Below are positions 27,389-38,700 of a DNA stretch of 64,000 nucleotides, piece by piece. The DNA lies in the IMG/VR virus record IMGVR_UViG_3300025626_000006, positions 1-64,000 of that record; one strand, written 5' to 3'. Source of the stretch: a virus. The translations under genes and the position numbers were made by a program. Every line of letters begins with the position of its first letter. Position 1 is the stretch's first letter. The notes below the pieces were generated by a model. That model saw only the letters and a program-made list of their open reading frames with translations, did no database searches and was not told where the DNA came from.

Positions 27389-29680
27389 TTAATAGAAAAG
27401 TCCTAATATTTGATTCAATGGGGCAAAGGTACCTGTTAACTTGTATGTATTACCCTTGTAAACAAATACGATTCCCTCATTTGGTACTATTTTATTTCTA
27501 CCACCAATTGAATTCAATCTTTCCAATTCCATTTTTAATTTTGCTATCTTTTTTTGGTCACCACTTTTTCTGACATCTTTAACAATTTGGTCTAACTTCT
27601 TTTGAATATCTCTAAGAGATTTTTCAGGATTTACAGTTAATGCTGATGACATAAATGATAATACTTCGGCACCTACACCTAAGAATATATCTTCAAATGG
27701 TCTAATATTTTGTTTTGATATTTTAGCTTGGTCTTGCTTATCGGTTTTTTTAGCCCAGTCTAATACTTTAGAATCAGAAATGTTTTTTTTATCTAATCTA
27801 AATCCTTTGTCATAAAATGCCCACCTTTTAACTAATCCCATTTTGGTTTTGTTATCTAATGTAGATGGTGAATTTTTATCAACGTATTGTTCCCACCACG
27901 CTTGATGGTAATCTGCAACACCATTAGAATCTTTTAGTTTAAATTCTTTTTGTAATTTTTTAACATCAGATTCAAACTTAGATTTCATTTTACTTAATTC
28001 AGTATTCTGAGGTAGTTTTACTACTGGAGGCCCTTGGATTGTATATTTAGATTGAACGTCAGCATTTACTTGCTTAATCATACCAGCGAGTATTTTAGCG
28101 TCTGATGTATCTGCTCCGATTGCCACACCCTTTTCATCATATTCCATTGTACCATGAAAAACTAATAGTGGTTGACCATATGGTATTACGTTTACTGACT
28201 CCGGCCAGATGACTTCAAGGTTCATAAATTTAGCGCCATCCTTGAATACCTTATTTACTTGTGCATCGGAAAGTTTAGATATGGCTGATTCTAAATCTCT
28301 CATTGCGAAATTATACGCATCGGTCAACCCGCCTCTATTAGCAAACTTATCTGCGACACCTTTAATGTCTAATGCGTTAAGTCCTCTATCTTTGAGGTGT
28401 CCTTTATTTCTAGCTGCAATTATACCTCTATCCTTACGATATGATATAGCCAAAGCTTGTCCATCTGTTTTTTCTCTTGTAAATTCTAGCTTACCATTTA
28501 AAGCATTTGATATGATTGTTTTTAAATCACCAAATGTTAAATTCATTTCTGTATCGAATGGATGATTCATATGCCCATATGCACCACCTTCGGTTAATAT
28601 ATTTTCTTTAAGATTGTTCTTTTTTGTCTTTTGCTTTTCAGTATCAATTGTATTAGTAAGATTTTCGATATCTTTTGGTTCAGCGAATTTAACAAATTCC
28701 ATACCCAAACGAAGGGCAACTTTCTTAATATGCTTTGCCCATTTTCTATAAGCAGGTCTACCAGTTATATCCTTACCATATCTTTTTTTCTGTCCATCCA
28801 TAGTGTCACCACTTGGAAAGAATGATACTTGATATCTACCAGGTCCTTTGGGATATGCTGTATCAAATGACTCCATAGCCTCATCACCCATTAGATAACT
28901 TACGATGTCCCACCCAAGGTCTCCAATTACATCTTCCATTTCTTTTTGATAAGTTAACATATTACCATAAAAAGCACCAGGCCCATCATCTACTACACCT
29001 TTACCACTTGTTGGTGTATGTGAAGTTTCATTGATTACGTTACTTATATTAATTGATTGTAAAAAAGATTCCATTACGGATTCTACTTTTGATAATCTAC
29101 CTGAAATTAGTTTGAATACTTTAGGGTCAAATTTACCATATACTTTTTTAAAGAATGCTTTTCTTTTTGATTCATCCCCCTTTGACATTCCGTTACGAAC
29201 ATCAGTACCACTTATATTACCAAAAGATGGGGATACATAAACATAACCATTATCGTCATAACCATTATCAACACTTCCCTTTTTGTAAGGTAAGAAATAT
29301 TTTGATTGACTTTTTAATCTACTTGCATCTTTTTTACCTACAACAGTAATGTATGCAGTTGTTTTTGATGGAAATTTTTCAATTACTTCTTTTGGAGAAT
29401 ATGGGTTTTTAACCTGTACAATCATATTGGATGGTACTTTAAACATCTTTGTCATAATTTCCTTTTTCTCTTTGAAATTAAAAGGATGTCTCGGCCCACC
29501 TTGTTTATTGGATGTACCTATGTAAACGTTGGATTTACCAAATTTACTAACAAGGTGGTCGTATACTTTCGCATGACCAATATGAAAAGGTTGAAATCTA
29601 CCTGAGTAGACTATTACCTCTTTTTTTATATCTTCACTTAATATTGAGTCTATTACCCAATTTGTTAAATCATTTCCCAT
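27389..29680 (-). CDS. HIGH-family nucleotidyltransferase fused to a KxDG ligase-like nucleotidyltransferase domain
   Basis: YSGRFQPFHIGH and ISGTDVR in the N-terminal domain; EKTDG, EGIVF and YKLTG in the C-terminal domain. Confidence 0.75.
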   Translation of the reverse strand: MGNDLTNWVIDSILSEDIKKEVIVYSGRFQPFHIGHAKVYDHLVSKFGKSNVYIGTSNKQGGPRHPFNFKEKKEIMTKMFKVPSNMIVQVKNPYSPKEVIEKFPSKTTAYITVVGKKDASRLKSQSKYFLPYKKGSVDNGYDDNGYVYVSPSFGNISGTDVRNGMSKGDESKRKAFFKKVYGKFDPKVFKLISGRLSKVESVMESFLQSINISNVINETSHTPTSGKGVVDDGPGAFYGNMLTYQKEMEDVIGDLGWDIVSYLMGDEAMESFDTAYPKGPGRYQVSFFPSGDTMDGQKKRYGKDITGRPAYRKWAKHIKKVALRLGMEFVKFAEPKDIENLTNTIDTEKQKTKKNNLKENILTEGGAYGHMNHPFDTEMNLTFGDLKTIISNALNGKLEFTREKTDGQALAISYRKDRGIIAARNKGHLKDRGLNALDIKGVADKFANRGGLTDAYNFAMRDLESAISKLSDAQVNKVFKDGAKFMNLEVIWPESVNVIPYGQPLLVFHGTMEYDEKGVAIGADTSDAKILAGMIKQVNADVQSKYTIQGPPVVKLPQNTELSKMKSKFESDVKKLQKEFKLKDSNGVADYHQAWWEQYVDKNSPSTLDNKTKMGLVKRWAFYDKGFRLDKKNISDSKVLDWAKKTDKQDQAKISKQNIRPFEDIFLGVGAEVLSFMSSALTVNPEKSLRDIQKKLDQIVKDVRKSGDQKKIAKLKMELERLNSIGGRNKIVPNEGIVFVYKGNTYKLTGTFAPLNQILGLFY

Positions 29681-29702
29681 ATCTATAAGTATCTATTTTT
29701 AA

Positions 29703-32700
29703 TTAATCACCACTTCCACTAATCAATAATTTCAATCTACTTACCTCTTCAGATAATTCTTGTATTGATTTAATCATTGGTGAAATAAGTTCGTTGTATC
29801 TAATACCCCATGGTGCATAGTTTTCTACAATAGTTCCATCTGGCTCCACCTGAGTGGTTGCAGGGTTTATAGTAATTCCTGCAAATTGTTGAGTATTTAC
29901 TCCAGCACTAGCAAGTGATGAACTTAAATCTTGAGCTATTAAACCATAATGTGTTCTACTACCACTTGTGAGATTTTGAATTTCCCATGAGTTTCTATTT
30001 CGAGTTTCTTTCCATTTGAATGAAACTGGATTTAGCGAGTTTACAAAATCTAATCCTAAGTTTGAACCTGTAATTTCTAACTTGTTACGTCTATCAGATG
30101 TTTGGATAACACCATTAGTTGCGTGGATATCATCCCATCGCTTTCTCACATTAGAGCCGTTTTCACCTAAATCATATGTATTGTCGAGGGCAGGTGATAC
30201 ATGACCTGTAACACGAAGAGCTCTTTGAAGAGTTGTAGCGTAGGTTTCTGCTAAAAGTGTAACCTGATTTCCTAAAGTCACAGCTCCAGCATTTATTGAA
30301 GAAGCTTTCATTCCCTTCACCATACGCATTTCAGAAACTCTTATTTGTGGTGCAACTTCACCCGTACTACCTCCTGAAGAATTAACCTTCCACCAACTTA
30401 ATTGTATTTTGAAGTGTTTTATTTGAGTTAGCTGTCTATATTCGGGATTAGCGTTTGACCCGCCTGGAGGAACACCAAGGTTAAGTTTTTCAAGAGCGTG
30501 TGAAAGTGGTATATCCCATCTGTGTGGAGAACCTGAATATATAGCAGCACGTTGGTCTCGCCAAAGTACAACTCCTTGATTAGAAATATTATTTGCATCT
30601 ACATCGTCTGGGTCATCGTGTATTATTTCTACCATGGTAGCCATTAACGCACCACCCCAGTTTCCTGTCCATGTGGTGTCAAATTGTAATAATATACAAT
30701 CATCTTTAAAACGTGTTGTTTCTCCAATGGATAGTGTGTCTGACTTAATTCCTAAGTAATTTCTACCCAAACCATCAGTTCCACCATATCGCGGGAATAT
30801 AGCATTTGTAATTTGATTAGCAAAGCCGGCACCTTTCATTCGGACTTTCGCTGTGTTATTAACATCGTCATATATATTAAAACTACCAGTGTAGAAACCA
30901 CCAGAGTGCCAGTAACCTGCTTGATAATCTTCATAATCACCACCTTCAGTCATCATTGTTCTAAACTCTTTTTGAGCAGTCATGTATGACAAATCATCAC
31001 CAGCGAATCCAGTTATACCACCAATCGGCTTACCACCAGTAGTTATAGAGCTTCCACCCCACTTTGTGAGTCCACCTTTAAATAAAGCTGTGTTTCCTAA
31101 TGACGCTGAATATTGATTTAAGTATTTGCCAGCAGCTGCTACCTGTGTACCTCTAATTGTGTGCCATTTATTTACAGCAGTAGCAATTATACCTGCCCCA
31201 CCTCCTGAACTCCCCGTAGCTGCTATTCCGAATTTTTTTATTGAACCAGCACCAGCACCACTACCCATAACGCCATCAAGGTCTGACCCAGTAACCCATG
31301 TTTCTACCCAAATTGGCCCATCAGAAGATATCCTATATGGTTGACCTGGATATGATGGTGAGTTACTTGAAAGTTCTCCCGTGTCTCCAGATGGATAATC
31401 TAGTAGGAAATTGTAAGAACCACTTTGACCAGCTTGTATAGGTTTACCTAATGCGCGGACATTTCTAAATGTACCAGTTCTAGCTACAATGTCACCATCG
31501 ATACTCGTATCACCTGAGGAAGACATAAAGAAGTTTGACGAACTTATTTCTATAAGTCCACCTGAACCACTTAGGTATTGTACACCATCTTTTCCAAAGA
31601 AAAACTTATCTACTTCTAAAACAGCTTTAGAACCTGTTATTAATAATTCTTTAGCAGTATTATTCCAATATAGATACCCGTCAACTGAACCACTCCCTAA
31701 AAAGAAATTACCACTACTATCTAAATATGATGTAAAGTCATCTAATGTAGCGTTAGCGGATGTTAATTGATTGTGAAACCCAAATACATTAGCTGTCATT
31801 AGTAATCCAGCTGGAGCGGGCCCCACGCCTGTTAAGTTTTCGTTTGCAAATGTAAAGTCTTGATTATCAACTCCCGGCGAACCTGGTGAACCTGGTGAAC
31901 CTGGTGAACCTGGCCCACCTGGTGTACCTGGTGTACCTGGTGTACCATCAGTACCATCAGTACCCGGAGTACCATCTGTACCATCTGTTCCATCTGTTCC
32001 ATCTGAGCCATCATCACCTTGTAAAGCTACTGCGATTGACATAGTTTTAGCAAGTTGTGTACTTGAACTTACAGCCGTTACTACAATTGAGCCGCTGAAT
32101 GGGGTTGTAGCTCCTGTGATTGTTACTGGGTTAGTACCACTTGTTGTATGATGTGTTGAAGAAGTAACACTAAACGTATAATCACTTGTTACATTATTGA
32201 TACCTTGATATACAAACATATCAGTACCAGCACCTGCGAATGAGATAATAGCACCTGAGCTACTTAATGGTAATGTGTGTGAATCATTAGTTAAGAAGGC
32301 AGATATAGCATCTGAACCATCTGAACCTGGAGTTCCATCACCACCTGGTGTTCCATCGGAACCTGGAGTTCCATCACCACCTGGTGTTCCATCGCCACCT
32401 GGTGTTCCATCGCCACCATCTGCTCCACCTTCAACTTTAAATATTTTTACTGCATCGGTTAATCCATCTTTAGTAGCTGAAATAGTGAATGGGAATGCTC
32501 CTTTAGTTTGAGCCATACCACCAGTTTGATTATTTCCTGTCCATGTAATACTACCACTTACAATACCCGTACCATTAGATATGTTATTATTATTAAAAGC
32601 AAATCCTGTTATTGAAGTACCTTGCGTTGTTGTTATTGATATATCACTACTACCAATAGCACCACTTAAGTTTTGTTGTTGAAAACTAAATATAATATTA

Positions 32701-35700
32701 AGTGGAGTTGCTGAAGTGTCTGAAGAATCATCAAATGACATTACTTGTGAATCTAAACTACCAATTAATAATTTTGCCGAAGTTCCATCTGAACCATCGT
32801 TACCTTGTTGTGATACAGCGAGTGACATTGTTTTTGATATGGAAACGGAAGCACTAGCAGCTGTTAAAACAAGTGAGCCACTAAACGGAGCGTTAGTACT
32901 TGTTACTGTTACTGGATTTGTACCACTTGTTGTTATGTAAGATGCTGATGTGTGTGTTATTGTATAATTTGAAGTTCTATCATTTATACCTTCAAATACA
33001 AACATTTCAGTTTGTGCGCCACTTAGTGATATCACATTGCCAGTATTATCAACTGGGATTGTATGTGAATCGTTAGATAAGAATCCACTAATTGCGTCAG
33101 TACCATTTGTTCCATCAGACCCATCAGACCCATCAGACCCATCGGAACCTGGCGTCCCGTCACCACCACCTTCGACTTTAAATACTTTTATTGAATCGGT
33201 TAATCCATCTTTAGTAACAGATATTGTTACAGGTAAAAATCCCTTGGTTTGTTGCATTCCACCTGCGGCTTGCCCACCAACCCACTTCAAACTACCACTA
33301 ACTATACCAGTCCCACTTGATACATCAGCGTTATCAAAATCAAATCCTGTTACTACTGAACCACCATTTCGTGTAATGGTTACGTCACTACTAGCGATAG
33401 TACCACTTAAGTTTTGTTGGTTAATACTGAATATAATATTAGATGGAGTTGCTGAAGTGTCTGAAGAATCATCAAATGCGAATACTTGCGAATCAACACC
33501 AATACTTAATAATTTAGCGGATGTACCATCTCCACCATCATCACCTTGACGTGCTACTGATAATGACATAGTTTTAGCAAGTTGTGTACTTGAACTTACA
33601 GCCGTTAGTATAACCGAACCACTAAATGGAGTTGTAGCTCCTGTGATTGTTACTGGGTTAGTACCACTTGTTGTTATATGAGCTGATGACGTAACGCTTA
33701 ATGTATAATTACTTGTTCTATTAGTTACACCCTCGAATACAAGCATTTCACTACTTGCACCTGCAAATGATATAATTTGATTTGAAGAACTTAATGGAAG
33801 TGTATGTGAGTCATTAGTTAATAATGCTGTTACTGCGTCTACACCATCTGAACCATCTGAACCATCTGAACCTGGAGTTCCATCTGAACCTGGTGTCCCA
33901 TCACCACCTGGTGTTCCATCTGAACCAGCAGTACCACCTTCAACTTTAAATATCGTTAATGAGTCACTTAGTGAATCTTTAGCTGCAGTAATTGTTATTG
34001 GTAAATTTGATTTTTGTCCTGCGGCTCCACCACTGGTTGTACTATTAGCAAATATAATTGAACCACTTACAATACCCGTACCATTAGATACATTAGCATT
34101 ATTAAAACTAAAACCAGCGATTGAACCACCACCAGCCCTTGTTACAGTTATATCACTACTACCAATAGTACCACTTAAGTTTTGTTGTTGAAAGCTAAAC
34201 TCTATTGTGGTTGGTGTTGCTGATGTATCAGCAGTATTATCAAAAGCAAATACTTGTGAATTTAAACTACCAATTAATAATTTAGCAGCAGTACCATCTG
34301 AACCATCGTTACCTTGTTTTGCTTTAGCAAGTGACATTGTCTTAACTAACTGAGTACTTGAACTTACAGCAGTTATAGTTAATGAACCGCTATCATGTCC
34401 CATGCCTGTAATTGTGAACGTTTTTGTTGATTGTGAAAATGTTACATTAGCACTTCCTGTTCCACTAAATGTATATTCAGATGTTTTATTATTAACACCT
34501 TCAAATACTTCCATATCAGTACTACCACCAGTAAAAACTGCAATCGTACCACTTGCATCAGCAGCGAATGTGTGATTTTCGTTTGTTAAGAATGTGGTTA
34601 CAGCATCAACACCATTTGAACCATCAGAGCCATCAGAGCCATCAGAACCTGGAGTTCCATCTCCACCATCTGAACCACCTTCAACTTTGAATACTTTAAC
34701 ATCATCAGAAAGAGAATCTTTAACTACCTCAATTGTTAGTGGTAAATCTGCTTTATTTGTTAGGTCTGTAAATGAAACACTACCACTCAGTTGACCACTA
34801 CCACCTGATACAACCCCACCTAATGATGGCGTAGTAATTGTACCACCACCAGCTTTAGTAATTGTAATATTACCAGTACCAACTGCACCACTTAGGTTTT
34901 GTTGGGATATAGTAAATACAATAGAGCTTGGAGTAGATGTATTATCTGAAGAGTCGTCAAAAGCAAATACTTGTGAATCTGTTGCTATTGTAAGTATTTT
35001 TGCGTTAGAACCATTTAGACCAGCCGTACCTTGTTTAGATTTGGCAAGTGACATGGTTTTAGTAAGTTGAACACTTGAGCTAACAGCCGTTATTGTTAGT
35101 GAGCCACTATCATGACCCATTCCAGTAAGGGTAAATGTTTTTCCACTTTGAGTAAATGTTACATTAGCACTTCCTGTTCCACTATATGTGTAAACTGAAG
35201 ACTTACTTGTTATACCTTCAAATACCTCAATGTCAGTTGAGCCGCCAGCGAAACTAGCAATTGTGCCAGTTGCATCAGCAGCAAAGGTATGAGATTCGTT
35301 TGTTAAAAAAGCAGTTACTGCATCTGACCCATCGGAACCTGGCGTTCCATCGCTACCATCGCTACCATCACTACCATCTGAGCCGCCTGTTCCACCCTCT
35401 ATTTTAAATATTTTTATTGAGTCACTTAAACCATCTTTAGTTACTACGACATCTAATGGTAATTTTGTTTTTGTAGCACTAACAGTTCCACTAAATGTAA
35501 TACTACCACTAACTTGACCACTTCCATCTGTAACATCTTGTTGTAATGTTGGGTCACTCAGTACATTATTCTGTGCATCGGTAATTGTTAAATCACCCGT
35601 ACCAATTGTACCACTTAGGTTTTGTTGATTAATGATTAATAAAATATCATTATCAATTGCTGTGTTACTTGAAGCACTTGCAAATGCAAATACTTGAGAG

Positions 35701-38700
35701 TCTGACGTTAAGGTTAGTACTTGAGCATCAGACCCAGCGAGTCCATCTGTTCCTTGTTTAGATTTAGCAAGTGACATTGTTTTAGCAAGCTGTGTACTTG
35801 AACTCACTGCTGTAATTGTTAACGAACCACTATCGTGACTCATTGAACTTATAGTAAACGTATTGGTAGATTGGCTAAAACCAACACCACTACTAGCGGT
35901 AGCACTAAAGGAGTATTCTGATGTTGAGTTTGTAACTCCTTCAAATACTTCCATGTCAGTTGAACCACCAGCGAATGATACTATGTTTCCATTACTTAGT
36001 GATGCAAATATATGACTTTCATTTGTTAAGAAAGTAGTTACAGCATCCGTACCATCAGAACCCGGCGTTCCATCAGAACCATCAGAACCATCAGAGCCAC
36101 CTGTTCCACCTTCTACTTTAAAAAGTGTTATGGTATCAGTCAAAGAATCTTTTGTTGCTGATATAGTTACTGGTAAATTACTTTTTGTAGAATTTAAACC
36201 ACCACTATTTAATGCGCCTGAAAATGTTATACTACCACTTACGATACCACTACCAGCCGATACATTAGTGTTATTAAGACTAAACCCAGTTACGTTTCCA
36301 CCAGCAGAAGAAATTGTAATATCACTACTATCAATAGTACCACTTAAGTTTTGTTGATTAAATGAGAATATTATATTAGATGGGGTTGATGTATTACTCG
36401 AAGCACTAGCAAAGGCAAATACTTGTGAGTTAGCACTTGCTATTAATGATTTAGCGCTACTACCATCTAACCCTGCATTTCCATCAGTACCCGGAGTACC
36501 ATCTGTACCATCTGTACCATCTGTTCCATCTATACCTTCTTTTGATTTAGCAAGTGACATTGTTTTAACTAATTGAACGCTTGAACTTACAGCCGTTATA
36601 GTTAATGAGCCACTATCGTGGGCGAATGATGTTATGCTAAAAGTTTTGGTACTTTGATTAAAACCTACACCAGCTGAACCTGTACCACTAAATGTATATT
36701 GTGAAGATTTATTTGTTATACCTTCAAATACCTCAATGTCGGTAGCTCCACCTACAAAACTTGATACTACACCAGTAGCACTTGCGGCAAATGTATGACT
36801 CTCGTTTGTTAAGAAAGCAGTTACTGCGTCAGTACCATCGGAACCTGGTGTTCCATCTGACCCGTCTGAACCATCTCCACCTGGTGACCCACCCGTACCA
36901 CCTTCTACTTTAAATATTGTTGTAGAATCGGTTAATGAATTTTTAGAAACTGAAATTGTTAGTGGTAAATCTGCCTTATTTGTTAAAGATGAGAATGCCA
37001 CACTACCACTTAATTGGCCGCTACCATTTGAAATAACACCATTGATTGCTGGGGTTGTAAATATACCACCACCAGCTTTAGTAATTGTAATATCAGATTG
37101 TGCGACTGCGCCACTTAGGTTTTGTTGAGATACAGTAAATACAATAGAGCTTGGGGTAGATGTATTGTCTGAAGCGCTATCAAATGCGAATACTTGTGAA
37201 TCTGTTGTAATAGATAATGCTCTAGCCGTATTTGAACCAGTAGCTTCTGCTAATACTGATGCAGTAGCTTCGTTAATAGCATCCTCAACGGATTGTCCAC
37301 CCGGTGTTCCATTTTCTATTCTAATCTGACCTCTTACAGTTAAAGATGACCCATCCCAAGTTAATTTTTCTCCTAAAGAAAAGTTACTTGCTGAGTCTAA
37401 ATAGAATCCTGTATTAGTGTTACTATGTACACCCTGTCCGATAAATAATTTACCAGCGTCCATTTTTATTCCACCAATCGAACCTGTGTTTGCTATGATA
37501 CCACCTTGGAGAAACACATTATCGGTCATTAATCCAAAACCTGGATTTGAGTTACCGAATACATAAGATGAATCTGCTAACCCACTTAAATCACCCAATC
37601 TTACTTTTAGAGCTACGTCATATAAACCACTACCTGTTCTTTCAACAATATCGATATATGGAGTTGCCGTATCATTTGGATTGGCGTTCATTTTAATGTA
37701 ACCAGTATTTAATTTACCAGTAGAAACAATGACTTGGCCATCTTCGTATGCTTGAGCCGCTGAAGATAGGTCACCCACAAAGTCTCCTGAAGAACCACTT
37801 CCATAAGCTCTCTGAACGTATATTCTACCATGAGTTTCGTCCTCATTAGAATTATCACCATCTACTGATGCTGATTGTAATAAGATGTATTCTGTTTGGA
37901 ATCCAGTGTTATCTACTTTTTTAGCTAAAAGTATTTCACCTTGTGAGAATCCACTAGCATTCTTTACAGACATTGTAGTTTCAGTTGATGTGACCGAACC
38001 TGTTATTGTTGTTGAGTTAGCTACCCATAATTGTCCACCAACGGCGTTTACCGATTCTTTTTCAAATGTAGTTGTTCTTAATGTACCTCTAATTCGTACA
38101 TTTTCAAATTCAGCAGTTCCATTTCCTTCAGATGAAATCTTCCATCCTTTTAATCCACTTGCAAAATCTCTGGTTTGTAAAATACCTTGAGGTTTCATTA
38201 TTAGGTTACCACCTTCAATAGAACCTGTTGTTATATCCCACCCACCTATTGATGCTGATACAAATTTAGCAAAACCACCCGCGTCAATAGAAGATGAAGC
38301 ATTTGCTTGTGTAGATGGGCTTCCATTAATTACGGCAGGAGTTCGGATATTATCTGTTGTTAAACTACCTAAAATAGTAGCATCAGCGCCAATAGTTAAA
38401 CTACCAGCTCCACTATTTGCTTTAGGGTCTAAGTGAAATAAAGATGAGCTGATTTCAATGTTACCACCAGAGCCACTCATAAACTGACTGCCAGGTGTAC
38501 CTATAAAAAACTTCTCAGCCTTTATATCTAATGTACCACTTCCTGATGTTGTGAAGATAAGGTGACTATTATCGTTATCACCAATGAATTGCATACCAAC
38601 TCCATCAAGTTGGTCAACCCCTACTGCTAAATTTCCACTACCAGAATATATTATGAATCCACCAGGACCTTTTCCCAATGAAGCTGATGTTAGTCCTTCA

